From Octopus sinensis (lineage: Eukaryota), in assembly GCF_006345805.1 (NCBI RefSeq), contig NC_042997.1:165540001-165604000 (forward strand): a DNA stretch of 64,000 nt, read 5' to 3'. Each line of letters begins with the position of its first letter. Position 1 is the stretch's first letter. Shown piece by piece: positions 46,597 to 59,814 of this stretch. The notes below the pieces were generated by a model. That model was not told the origin of the DNA, did no database searches, and saw only the letters and a program-made list of their open reading frames with translations. The translations under genes and the position numbers were made by a program.

Positions 46597-48269
46597 AGGT
46601 AGATGGATATATAAATAAACAGATAGATAAATAGGTATACAAACACACACATACACAAATGAAGATCAAAACATGACGATATACACACACACAAGGACGC
46701 ATGGAGATACACTCAAACATGCACACACAAGGAGACAGAGGTACACACATGCATACATATATATATATATATATGCATACACATACATATGTGTATACAC
46801 ATGTGCACAAACAAAAAGAATGCAGCTCTGATAACAGACAGTCAACAACTATTGAAAAAGTTGGAAGACGCAATGAAAATTTTAGGAAAAATAAATAAAT
46901 AAATGAGTAGAAATTGAACTGGTGAGTGTGTTAAATAATAAAGCACTAAAAGAGAATGACTCTCTCCAGACACAATAAAATATGCTTCAACACACAAATT
47001 CACATAAAGAATCTTGCAAACTGAATACAAAGACAAAATAAAAAATTATTGTTATGCAGATAAAGTAAGGTGGCAAGCTAGTGGAATCATTAGCACACCA
47101 TGCAAAATGCTTAGTGTTTCATCTGTTTTTACATTCTGAGTTCAAATACCACTAAGGTGAAGTTTACCTTTCATCCTTTCAGAGTCAGTGTAGTTGACTT
47201 ATCCCCACTCCCACTGAAATTGCCTGCACTGTGCCAAAATTTGAAACCAATATTATGCAAGCAAAATTGTTTGTTTAAGAAGTTTGCATTTCTACATCTT
47301 TGTTTCAGATTTGATTTCACTGCTTGGTACCTTGGGCAGGTGTTATCTATTGTTGTCTCAGGTTCACCATGAACAGAATTAGGTTGACAGAAACTGGAAG
47401 AATACAGAGTGTGTGTGTATAATTATACTGGAAGAATATTATATGCACATAAAAGTATATCTTTTCATATTGTGATGAATGTAAACATCACTAAGGATAG
47501 CACAAAGCTAGTGCTCTTTGAATGATGTCTTGTAATGTTTGTTCTGTATTAATTTACACAGGTACTCCTTTAGCTCATGTCAGAAACGCAATTAATGATG
47601 TGTTGGAAAACTATAACTATTATAATGGAAGGCAAGGTTTACAATATCGGAAGAATATCGTCTTCTTCCATCATCTTTTGTTCTTTGTGTAGTTCAGGCT
47701 TCTGGCAGGCGAAGAGAGAAGACATCAAGTACAAACGCTATTTACAACTGGTTTTATTTACGTTTTACAGGATAGGTGAAGTGTGCTGCTCTCAGCAACC
47801 ATCTTAAGCTGTGTGCATTGTATAGTAGCTCCGTTAGTGTAGGCACAAATTACCTCTGGAGGTACACATGCAGAAAGGCCCAGTCAGTGGTGGTATTCAG
47901 CCAGCACTGCTGTGAAGTAGTGCTAAAAGAGACAGGTCTAAATTGGGTTTTCCTTTATGTAGTTTTCCATCACGAGCCTCGTTGTGATCTCACACATGAC
48001 AAATGGATGCAGGTGAAGTCTCGCTCCAGTCTCGGAGATGGCAAGGGCTGCCATGAGATCTCATCCATTATGGCACTGACTGCTTGTGCCGCTACACTAT
48101 TATTACTTTTGTTCATCAAGTGTAATATAAAATTTTACAAAAAAAATAAATAAACTTTTTATAAGATGTTTCTTTCATATAAAAGTTTGCAAGCAATACA
48201 CTTATCAAATTCATTATGTGTTTTATAAAATAGATGATGCTTAAAGCTGGAAAGTTTAAATTGTAGTCG

Positions 48270-48447
48270 TGGCCAGTGTCACATACATGCTTGGAGTGGT
48301 TGGCATTAGGAAGGGCATCCAGCCATAGAAATCATGCCAAATTAGACTGGAACCTGGTGTAGACCTCTAGCTTACTAGTTTGAGTCAAACCATCAAACTC
48401 ATGCCAGCATGGACAGCAGATGCTAAATGATGATGATGATGATGTGA
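48270..48447 (+). mobile_element. RTE 3' tail fragment
   Basis: gagtggttggcattaggaagggcatccagc...atgatgatgatgatgat. Confidence 0.75.
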
Positions 48448-50058
48448 TGATTGTTTTGTGACCGTTATTCTTGCATTCTTTTATTCTTTTACTTGTTTCA
48501 GTCATTGGACTGCAGCTATGCTGTTGCTGCCCTGAAGTGTTTAGTGTTATTTTATATTTGGTATTTATTTTCTTGCTCATTTATTCAACCACTAAGTTAC
48601 AGGGACATAAACAAACACCAGTTGTCAAGCTGTGTCAGTTTGTCAGCACAAACACAGACATATATACACACATGTACATACATGCATACTCCCACAAGCA
48701 AATGAGTAAGTGAATGAATGAATGAATGCCAAACCAATAGGGATGATGTGAAGGAGATGTATTTAGTTGCCATGTCTATCAGGTCTAACATGTAAAAGTT
48801 CCATTATTTTATCAAGGTTCTCTGAAACCTGATTTGCTTATGTAGACGTCTATGTTTGATATAATGATTGACTTATCAATATCTATAAATCTGCCTTATA
48901 ATGATGTCGGTATGTGCAATAAGATCACATTATTAAAAACAACCTTCCATTAATATGACATCTTTTAAATGCCTTCAAAAGACAAATATTGTTGTCAATA
49001 ATTCTGTATTCTTTTAATGATTTCATCATTATGTTGTAGTTGTTTAGTCTCAGAAAAATCCTAATGGGTCAAACCTATGGTTAGAAGACCTTCAAACTAT
49101 TACCACCCCACAAAGTATTATCCAAGTCTTGTATTATTCAAGCTAGTAGATTTTAGATGTGGGTCTCTCTCTCTCTCTTTCACTTTTTCAGAGAGAGACT
49201 GAAGGTGGGAGAAAAACCAAGAGTTTGGCATCACACATATTTTCAAATGTTCCATATACTGACACTTGTACAAATTAAATTAATGTAATTCTTTTATTAC
49301 AGACACTACCAATTCACCTCTGTCTTTCTCAAATTCCTTTGTTAACTGATAGTAGGGTGTGGTTTGAGGGAGATTTGATTGCTGTCCCTGTGAGATGGTG
49401 AATAATAATAGTTTTGTGGATGATCATTTTGTAGTTTCTGAATATAAGATAATATATACAGACAGATTTATAGATTTATATATTTCCAGCTGACCTTCAA
49501 AGTTAAACTAGAGTAGTCTTATTTCCATTATATTATTTCAATAGTGTTGTTCAATAATATAAGGATTTAAATGGCAAATATTTTTTTAATTGATTGCATT
49601 GTTACAGACACACTTATTCCTATTGATGTTTACATTTTATTCTCATTATTTCTGCTAACTCTTTCACACTTCATGTATGGAATTTGTGAATAAATGATTT
49701 GCCAAAAGTATGCTGAGAGATGGAAGTCATCAATAACCTATTCTAATTGTCTTTGTATTGTTAAATGTATAAAAATTCCATTTTAAAATGTAAGCTTTTA
49801 CTCTATTTCCTTACTGTCTTTAGGCACCCTATTACTGAATCATTAGCCTTATCATCACCATCATCTTTTCACCATCTATTTTTATATACTTGTGTGGCTT
49901 AGACAGGATTTATTTCCTGTGGCCAAATGCTGTTCCTGTCACAAACATTTAGCTGTTTCCAAGCAAGATGATACTTACTCTAATCTGGATATGTTTTCAT
50001 AAGAGATTAATCTTTCTCAAGCCTTGACTGGATATTGTTGTCATGTGAATGTACTATG

Positions 50059-50092
<34 letters not shown>

Positions 50093-50239
50093 TCAGCTGT
50101 ATTTCTGAACTGGGCATAGTTGTATAGTTAAAAGTTTACTTTGCAGTTTTGTGATTTTAGATTCAGTACTTTAGTCTTCTGACCGTAACTTTGTGATTAA
50201 AATTCAGTAGACAGAAAGAGTGTGGAATTCTGTAAGATG

Positions 50240-50510
50240 AACCTGGCCCTTAAAGGTAAAAGTAAAGTTACCTTCTCAAATCATACCAACTCAGAAGGGC
50301 TAGTTTCATGGCGTATATATTCCCCACCTGAATGGGATGCTTGTCCATCGCAGCATTACTCATTATTTTTGCCAGCTGAGTGGACTGGGGCAACACAAAA
50401 TGAAGTGTTTTGCTTAAGAACACAATGCGTTGCTCAAGCCAGGAATTGAAACCACAATTTTACAGTCATGAGTCCAACATCCTAATTGCTAAGCCACATG
50501 CCTCCACAAC
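50240..50510 (-). mobile_element. tRNA-derived SINE family 3
   Basis: Reverse complement: gtggcttagc..ggtttcaattcctgg..aacacttcattt..ccagtccactcagctgg. Related copies at 35218-35450 (+) and about 50900-51070 (+). Confidence 0.7.
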
Positions 50511-51821
50511 TCAGCCCTTAGGTGTCTTTAGCAGAGTTCACTAAGTTGCAAGAATTTAGGTCATGTTTTTGTTATCATTCAGAAGGCAGCTTGACATCAC
50601 TGTTCTATTGAATGAACGTAGCCTTTGCTCTGATCCTGCAATTCCTCTCACATTACCATTAGAGAAAAGTAATGTATAATCACAACTACTTCTTTCAGCC
50701 ACCATGAACACACAGTATATTGATAGGTTAAAAACCAATAAACTAACATGATCCATGATGGTCTAAACCTATGCCCCTAAGGATAACTTCCTCTCTTCCC
50801 CAACTCACAGAAAAGTTCATAGACACTGTCTTTCCTATTTTGATTAAAGCATTAAAAAAATGGAGAAAGACTATAGTTATGGCTGTAATTGATGTGTTAG
50901 TGAAAGCCTGGGACCTAATGGTTAGGATGTTTGGCTCAAGATGTTACTATTGTCAGTTCAATTCTTGAACTGGGTAACATGTTATATCCTTGAGCAAAGC
51001 ACTTCATTTCACATTGCTCAAGTTCACTCAGCCGTAAATAAGTAAAGCAACTGCTTGAGTTAACTTTGTAGTATATTAGCATTCTGGCGTCCAAGAAGCA
51101 GGATGGGTACATTTAAAGATAGGCATTGCAACCACCTGGTTCTCTGTTACCACTATGAAAGAGCTATCATGATAGCCAAGTTGCCCCATTTACCTTGACT
51201 TGATGTATAGGAATGAAGATTTATATCAGGGGTCTTGAAAGTGGTCGATAGGACTATTCTAAGGGTCGATTAATACCTGAAACTGCACATCTACTTAATT
51301 ATTTTTTTTTTTTTTCTTGTACATACCTGGAGGTTGATGAGGGGTCAGACTGAAACAAGTAAAAGTTAAAACTGTTAACTGCTAAGAACTTATGCAGCTG
51401 TCCCACAGAAAAGAAAGCATTAAAGGTTTCCTGTTGCAACACACACTTCATCTCAGTAAATTTTCTGATGACACTGCTACAGTAGTGATTGAGAATGACC
51501 CCTTGTATTTCCTGATTGACTGTAACTTGTCCTCATTGGTGCTTGGAAGAAAGACAAATAGAAATGCTATTATGAAAGGTTGCTGAAAGAGGAGAGTGTT
51601 TGAGAGAAAGAGGGACTACTCCAAGCTGACTCACCAATGGGATTAACTATGGAAATTGACGGCTATATGGTTCAAATAGCCAATGCAGCTGATCCTTCAG
51701 AGATAGTTTTTGAGACACTAAAAATGCTCAAGCACTCAGTCAATTAATTAATGTAATACAAGTCTATCAACATAGATGTTTTATTACACTGCAGAGTGAC
51801 ATGCAAAACTTATTTAAATTC

Positions 51822-52370
51822 ATTATCATCATCATTTAATGCCTGCTTTCCATGCTGGCATAGGTTGGACGCTTTGACTGAGGTCTGGCAAGCCAGTGGG
51901 CTGCACCGGGCTCCAATCTGATCTGACAATGTTTCTACAGCTGGGAGCCCTTCCAAATGCCAACCTCTCCAAAAGTGTAGTGGATGCATTTTACATGCTA
52001 CCAGCATGGGAGCCAGTTAGGGGGTACTGGCATCAACCATGTTTGCATGGTGCATTTTACATGCCACCAGCACGGGAGCCAGTCAGGCGGCACTGGCCAT
52101 GGCTATGATTTCAATTTTACTTGACTCAATAGGTCTTCTCATCCATATCATATCACCCAACACTTAAAGGGTACTTTTAAATGGGCTGATCATGCAACAC
52201 TGGCATTGGCCGTGGCTGTGATCTCACCTTACTTGCCAGGTCTTCTCAATCGCAGCATATCTCCAAAGGTCTCAGTCTCTTGTCATTGCCTCTGTGAGGC
52301 CCAACATTCAAAGGTCATGCTTCACCACTTAACCCCATGTCTTCCTGGGTCTGCCTCATTCATACATAAC
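51822..52370 (-). mobile_element. RTE 3' end (ORF end and UTR)
   Basis: catcatcatttaatgcc tail; catgcttcaccacttaacccca = VVKHD motif in reverse complement. Confidence 0.8.
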
Positions 52371-53439
52371 AATAATCCTTTCTACTATAGGCACAAGGCC
52401 TGAAATTTTGGAGGAGAGGGTTAAGTCGATTACATCAACCCCAGTACTAACACTGCTACTTAATTTATCGACCCTGAAAGGATGAAAGGCAATGTTGACC
52501 TCTGAACATAAGGACAGATGAAATGCAGCTAATCATTTTGCCCAGCTCACCGCCTTGGTCAATCTAAGAGTGTGACAAGACATTTTCCCAAATACACAGT
52601 GAGAACAAACCTTAACTATGTGGTTGAGAAGCAGGCATTTCAATAGCAAAACCCATTATAGCCTCATATTTCTCTCTGTTCTCCTTAGTAACAAATTGTT
52701 TGTTATATGAATGACATTTATTAACCAGCAATTTTCTTAATCAATCAGTGTACAAACTTAAACATTTTCTTTAAAATTATTTCATCGCCACTTTGGCAAA
52801 TATGATGAAGTCTATACTTCACTGAGGAGGATATAATGTGGCCAATACATATCTGGAGTAGCCACCCATACTTGCTGAAATAAACTAATTAATGTTGTTT
52901 TTTCCTCATCAGATAATCATTTCTTGTTAAATTTTTTAAGGTTCCCAATATTAACTATGTTAATGGTAACTTAAATTTTGCTCACGCCATAACAAGCACA
53001 TATTGTGATATAAATTCTTCCTTCAATCTCTCAAGATATTGGAGCACTTTAGCAATTGATTCTAAAATAACTTCGATTTTATTCAAATGCCTCTCCTTTA
53101 GTTGTAATAACTTTATTTCTACTTATTAACTCACAAGAATTAATTACTTTTTTTCAGCTATTATATCTGACAAAAATACTGAACTCAAATCTTTTGTTTT
53201 TGGTAGTATAACAATCCAAACTTTCTGATTCTCAACAGTTACATCGTTTTATAAAAAGGTTTCTTATTCACTCTGCTTAAATTCTTAAGAGTGGTGCTCT
53301 ACTCTTTGCATATATTAAACTCTTCTCAAACCTACTGAAAAGTATCAACAAAATTTAATTTAACGGGTTAATTCAGTTGATAATTTACGACCAAAAGCTT
53401 AGAAACAAGAACCATAAACAAACACTGCAGCCATAAACA

Positions 53440-53764
53440 AAAAAAAAACCGCTGCTCAAAATAGTTGCTCTATTTATTTTTGCATAGTATTTATTTCGGT
53501 ATATTTTGCATGTATACTATTTATGCAAATAAATAAACTTTAAAAAGACGTTAAAATTCAGCAGTACTCGGCGAAATTTTTGCGCAAAATGTTTTACGAA
53601 ATTATAAGAAACTATAATCACATCACCCGATACACCATATATGGTCATGGAGTGGCGCTAACCATTTTCAAACGGTTTCGGTATTCTGTTGTTTCTAAAA
53701 CGCACAGCTAATATCACAGTCTAAACACACAAAAGAAAGGAATATTTAATGGCGCTATTAAAAG
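53440..53764 (+). promoter_or_regulatory. Putative CpG-enriched promoter / first exon of the downstream zinc-finger gene
   Basis: Locally many CpGs in a TE-poor segment, palindrome TTTTGCGCAAAA (53578-53589), donor-like AAG|GTATTT at 53764/53765. The link to the 63796 exon is inferred. Confidence 0.4.
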
Positions 53765-54495
53765 GTATTTATGTATAAATGGATAAAATGATATCAGGAT
53801 ATTTTATTGTTTGTATTGAAAGTTTATCCATTACCGGTGTTAACTAAAAACATTTTCCTCGTTGAAAATGTTTAACGCAGTTTTCTGTATTTCTCCTATT
53901 AAAAAGGAGTCTTTCAAAAAATTTCTTATACGAATTAAACTATGTATGTAGGTGATATCAGAATGCCCATAAACTTCTTGATGGTATTTGTGTTCTTTTA
54001 ATTTTTTATCTTTCATCGTTCTCTCGGCAACCACTGACGTTTCTGAATTTACTAAGTCCACTCTTTATTTCTCATCTAATTAATTTCAGTGGAACCAAAC
54101 AAATCAATTTTCGGCATATTTAATAACAAAAATATCCCTTTTAATTTCTATATAATCATAAGTCGCATTTGCTTATTAACGCTTTGGTTGACTGCACCGT
54201 ATATTTGTAATTATAAGTTATGTTCAGCTAAAAGTCCAATTTCAACTTTTCTGTAGTTTGGTTTACAAAATCTACACTGAGTGTCTGATGTACTCTTGGT
54301 CAAATGAAGTAGAATCCAGGATTTGTTGTTGATAAATAATATAAAATCTAAAACCTCGGTTTGTTTTATTTTCTTTCCTTGATGAACAAAATGATATTTT
54401 GTGGGAGGGTAACGTAAACAAATTCTCTGTGTTATAGGTAACACGGCATAACTACAGATTTCTGCTCTCCCCGCACCAACTTGGGATGATCATAA

Positions 54496-54716
54496 CTTTC
54501 AGAAAAATGATATTTTTTAATGAAATTTTCTACGAATATGTGTTTTATCATGTAGATTCCGAATATACATAAGTTTTTGGGGAACATGTTTTAGGAGAGG
54601 TGGGGTGAGGATTTCGGAAAATTCACTGGAGTCCAATTCGTCTTAACTTTCAAGAAAATGAATACTTTTTAATGAAATCCTCTACAAATATACCTCGCAC
54701 TATGTAGATTCTGAGG
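54496..54716 (+). repeat. Imperfect tandem duplication, period about 150 bp
   Basis: aactttca..aaatga..tttttaatgaaat..tctac.aatat...atgtagattc occurs twice. Confidence 0.7.
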
Positions 54717-55547
54717 ACATAGGAATTTTGGGGGGAAACAGAAAACTCGTTATGCTAAAAATAACAGCTAAAGGTCTAGTATACAGAAACACTTCTATAT
54801 TTAACTGTGCGTGTATATTCCTTATTTTTGTTTCTGGTGTCTTCTGCCTCTCTATTAGAAATGTTTACCTGGGAATTTACTTAAAGTGGAAAAAAATCGT
54901 ATGCAACATATAAGGGATCTTTACCTTTTGACCGACAGATCCCATAATCTATAATAAACACGATATTGAATGGAACGTTTGAACGTGTGTATGTGTGTAT
55001 ATATGGTAGAAATCTATGGAAGCACAAACGCACAAAACAGAGACAATGGACGACTTGTTCCGAAACAACCCCGAGAGGGGAACAGTTCTCAAAAATAATC
55101 CCAAATTGCCCCCCCCCCCCCTCCCCAATTCCTATGTCTTCAGAATCTTACATAGTCCGAAACATATTTGTAGAGAATTTCATTAAAAAATATTTTGACC
55201 TTAAGTAACTGCTAGTTCAATTCTCATTAAATTGAGTTTCTGATCTTGTGTCATGTACTCTTCTCTCTCAATCACATTCTCTTTACTTCAATTACGTATA
55301 TTCATTGGCTGGAAAGTAATTTACAAATAATGCGTTTCAGCTTTTAATAAAGCTGTAGGATCCAAACATTGTTATTTCAAAAGTAGTTACATAGATGTAA
55401 AGCCATACACCTATGTTACTCTTCTATGATTACGTTTGTTGGTTGCTTCGTATTATTTCCAGTAAACATATATTTGTTAGTTGATATCCATCTTTAAAAT
55501 GAAAATTTAAACAAAGTAAAAAAAATCTTTCTTTAAAGAATTGCATA

Positions 55548-55925
55548 GGTGCAGGAGTGGCTGTGTGGTAAGTAGCTTGCTTACCAACCACATGGTTCCG
55601 GGTTCATTCCCACTGCATGGCACCTTGGGCCAGTGTCTTGGACCAAAGCCAATGGATTTGGTAGACGGAAACTGAAAGAAGCCCGTCGTATATATGTATA
55701 TATATATATATATGTGTTTGTGTGTCTGTGTTTGTCTCCCCTACATCGCTTCTCAACCGATGGTGGTGTGTTTACGTCCCCGTAACTTAACGGTTCGGCA
55801 AAAGAGACCGATAGAATAAGTACTAGACTTCCAAAGAATAAGCCCTGGGGTCAATTTTCTCGACTAAAGGCAGTGCTCCAGCATGGCCGCAGTCAAATGA
55901 CTGAAGCAAGTAAAAGAGTAGAAAG
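55548..55925 (+). mobile_element. SINE family 1
   Basis: gcaggagtggctgtgtggtaagtagcttgcttaccaaccacatggttccgggttcattccc. 3' halves also at about 6290-6500, 48478-48660 and 59465-59660. Confidence 0.9.
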
Positions 55926-55934
55926 AGTATCTCA

Positions 55935-56340
55935 TCAGGAACCAATGACCTGACACTGGCATCGACCACGACTTTGGTTTCACTTGGTTTGACAGGTCTA
56001 CATAAGCACGGTATATTGCCAAAGGTCTTGGTCACTTGTCACTGCCTCCATGAGGCCCGAGGCTTGAACGGTGCTTTTTACATGCCAGTGCCGGTGGCAT
56101 GTAAAAAGCACTGTTCGATTTGGTCGATGCCAGGACCCCCTGACTAGCCCCTGTGCCAGTGGTACTTAAAAAAACACCCACTACTCTCTCAAAGTGGTTG
56201 GCATTAGGAAGGGTATCCAGCTGTAGAAACCTTGCCAGAACAGATTAGAGCCGGATGCAGCTTCCTGGCTTGCCAGTCCTCAGTCAAACCATCCAGCTCA
56301 TGCCAGCATGGAAAGCAGACGTTAAGCAATGATGATGATA
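55935..56340. mobile_element. RTE 3' end with 5' inversion
   Basis: 55935-56087 in minus orientation, 56095-56340 in plus orientation with (GAT) tail. Confidence 0.7.
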
Positions 56341-56571
56341 TATAATGGTGATATATATAATATAATATATTGCTATACTATTGAAAGTTCAGGTAAACTT
56401 CATCATCCACACTCTCTCCCTCCCGCTTTCCAGATACAAAAATAAAACTCATTAGTTACCCAATTTCAGTGCCAAAAATGGCAAAGGGAAAGTGCTTTAG
56501 TTTTTCAAATCTACTCTGCAATCTGAGATTATTATATATATTAGAAGGTTTGGAGATGATGTACAGGTATT

Positions 56572-56835
56572 TTATATTAGAAGAAATGAGGTACTCAGAA
56601 ATTCGGATGGTTTTATATTTACAGATATTTATTTGTATATTACATGTTTTTATACATCATATAACATATCATATATTAACGCCTTTGCCCTTTCTAGTGG
56701 AGTTTTCAAATTGAACTAAGTTCTTGTGGAAAAATTTGACCATTTTATAGTGTTATTAAGTGTGTAGTGGTGGGGAGGGATATGAGATAGTACACGAGGG
56801 TGATGAATGGGAAGAAAGTGAGAGAGTGCATGTGT
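56572..56835 (+). repeat. Dispersed repeat, second copy at about 62255-62525
   Basis: atattagaagaaatgaggtactcagaaa...gtagtggtggggagg...gagagtgcatgtgtg in both copies. Confidence 0.85.
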
Positions 56836-57244
56836 GTGTGTATCTGAAAGAAGTGTTAAAGAAAAAGAAGGCCACAAACTGTTTGTATTTCCTTTTTATC
56901 ATTGTCTTGTGAGAGAGTGCGTGTGTTTGTGTTTTTGTAGCTGAAAAGATTAAGGAGGAATGGTCAAGTTGTTAAAAATAACCAGTCATTGGCTTTTAAG
57001 CCAGGGATTTTAAGAGGTAGAAAAAAGATATTTTGTTTTAATATTATACTTTTACTTGTTTCGCACACATGCATAAACTTTAACTTGTTTTTTTTTTTTT
57101 TAGATTAATTATTTATTATTCTTTATCTCTCCACTGACTTCAGCATCACTCTAACTTCTATAACCTCTGCATTTTTACTTATTCATTTCAAACTTCTTTT
57201 AGTTTTCAATCTAATGTAATCCACACTCTCCATTTCTGCAAAAT

Positions 57245-57490
57245 CATCATCATCATCATCATCATCGTTTAACGTCCGTTTTCCGCGCTAGCACGGGTTG
57301 GACGGTTTCGACCGGGGTCTGGGGAGCTAGGGACTGCCCCAGGCTCCAGTCTAGTCTGGCAGTGTTTCTACAGCTGGATGCCCTTCCTAACGCCAACTAC
57401 TCCGCGAGTGTAGTGGGTGTTTTTTACGTGCCACCTGCACAGGTGCCAGAGGGGTCTGGCATCGGCCACGTTCGGATGGTGCTTTTTATG
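57245..57490 (-). mobile_element. Young RTE 3' tail copy
   Basis: (CAT)n cgtttaacgtccgttttcc...ctggatgcccttcctaacgccaac. Confidence 0.85.
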
Positions 57491-58138
57491 TGGGGGGGGG
57501 TGCAGAAATATAGGGGAGCACCAGTGGGGAGGGGTGGTTCAGAGAAATGATGACAGGTTCTAGGCAAGTAGAACGTAGGATATCAAGAGAGGGGTAATGC
57601 ATGGTGAAATAGCGTATTGAAGAGGGGTTCGACGAGTAGACACCTATAATGGTGGTGGGAGAAGCGACATCCGGTATAGATGGAGCAAAAATTAAGAGAT
57701 ATCCGGTATTGGTGGTGGGGGTAGGCAGGGCGGGTGCACCGCGAATACACGATGGTTGATTACAGTCGAGAGAAGAAATGGATAAATTAGTTAAATAGTC
57801 GAGAGGAGAAATGGATAAATTAGTTAAAGTAATTAGATAGATAGAGAAATTAGATAAAAATAGTTAGATAGATAAGAAAGCATGTATGATCGATCGAGAA
57901 GTGAAAATAAATAAGCATTCAAACTTATCTGCGCTCGGGTGCTAGATGAATGAATGAGAGAGCAAATGTTGGGGCTGCCTTTTTTTTAAGTAAAAATTGT
58001 CCGGAAGAGGAATTTTTGGACAAGGCGGAAGTGTATTAAAGGAACAGGCTTCAAGATGGCGAATACACGATGTGTTATCTAAAAATATGGGTAAAGAAAG
58101 AAATAGCAAAAGATATTTGAAAATGGAGTGAAATTTCT

Positions 58139-58625
58139 GAGGGTTCCACCCCACCCCATATGTGGCATATTAGGAGGTCATCATAATTCATTCAATGGAA
58201 AAAAAAATTTCCAATGATTCCAGGATAGGGAAGGGGGGGTCCGGTTTCCCAACCCCACTTTTTTTTTCCAAAAAAAGGGTTTGCAGCATATTAGGTGGTC
58301 AGAGTATTTGATTCCATGCAAAAATCTGAGTTTTTTTTTTTAGTGAAAATCATGTGGATGTACTTCTAAAGAAGGGGGGGGGGTATATCCGAGGGTTCCA
58401 CCCCACCCTGTTTTCCGGACTTAAAAAGGGTTTTGTGGCATATTGGGAGGTCACCGAAATTCATTTAATGAAAAAAAACAAAATTTCCAATCATTATGGT
58501 ATGGTGAGGTCTAGTCCCCCACCTTTATCCGAACAAAAATAAGGAGTTTGCATCATATTAGAAAGTCGGGGGTACTTCACTCCACACAAAAAATCTGAGT
58601 TTTTTTTTTTTTCTTAGTGAAAATT
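58139..58625 (+). repeat. Tandem duplication, period about 252 bp, with about 125-bp sub-periodicity
   Basis: gagggttccaccccaccc at 58139 and 58391; aaaaatctgagtttttttt twice; gc.catatt.g..gtc four times. Confidence 0.8.
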
Positions 58626-59814
58626 GTGCGGGTGAAAGGATCAAATAATAAATTTTTCCTCAGCTGTGAATTTTTCTCTCTTCCTCAATCATTCGTTTTC
58701 TTTTCCTGGAACCTCTGTGGAGGGGAGTGATGTAGTAGTTTCATGCAGGCACGGTGTAAATTCAATCCTTGATCGCCAAATTTCACTTAACAGCTCAACA
58801 GCACTTTTCTCATGGTAAAACAATAGTTTTTCTCTGTGTGACAGCAGTTACATTTACCAGATGCCTTCACTAAGCAGAATAACGTCTTTGCCACTTGACC
58901 CTTCTAACCTCTTCTATTTCACCAAAAGTTAGAATAGAGATAACAGACCCCCAACGAAATTCATTGTTCTCAACAATATGTCTCTTCTTCTAACTAGTTT
59001 GGATAATTATAAATACTAAAACACTGTAGGGAAAAGTTAGTTGGCAAAAAGGAGATGACACAGAGGCAACCACAGACAGAATATAGTTAGTGAGATAATT
59101 CAACTGAGAGAAGGTCAACTATGATAGTGTCTTATCCCAACACCATTGCTGTTTAAATGTCAGGCACAATGAAGGTATCATTTTATCGACTTCCTACACT
59201 TAGCATTCACTCTTTCTAATTCCTAGTTAGGCAGCTAGCAGTTGACCAAACATAAACAGCAACAACATATAAGAAAAGATAACAATGTTGTTTTTATATG
59301 ATACTCACACCTGCCTGTCAAGGCATGGCATTATACAAAGTACCAGTAAATAAGTATTTCTTTACAACTTCAATCACTGTTCTTCTTCCATCTTGCACAT
59401 CTGCAACAACAGCCATTAAACTGGTGACCTCTGATTCCACCTTAACCATACCATTATATATATATATATGTTTGTCCCCACCACCATTGCTTGACAACCG
59501 ATGCAAGTGTGTTTACGTCCCTGTAATTTAGCAGTTCAGCAAAAGAGACCGATAGAATAAGTACTAGATTTACAAAGAATAAGTTCTGGGGTCTTTTGTT
59601 CAACTAAAGGCGTTGCTCCAGCATGGCTGCAGTCAAATGACTGAAACAAATAAGAGTAGAAGTTATATATACATATTATTTTATTTATTTACTTTATTTT
59701 TATCTAGTTTCAGTTGACGAGCTGTGGCCATGCTTGGGCACTAATTAATAAAACAAATGTTTTACACCTGGTAACTTACTGGTTAAGAATGGTCACTTTC
59801 CCAGTGCTCGTTAT

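Noticed and set aside
53840-54061. 73-aa minus-strand ORF as a gene
   Set aside because: No recognisable motif, GTG start, no convincing splice sites; could be a chance ORF.
58660-59000. Minus-strand coding-like stretch (FYHEKSAVELLSEIWRSRIEF...)
   Set aside because: Multiple stops in all frames and no identifiable domain; probably old TE debris.
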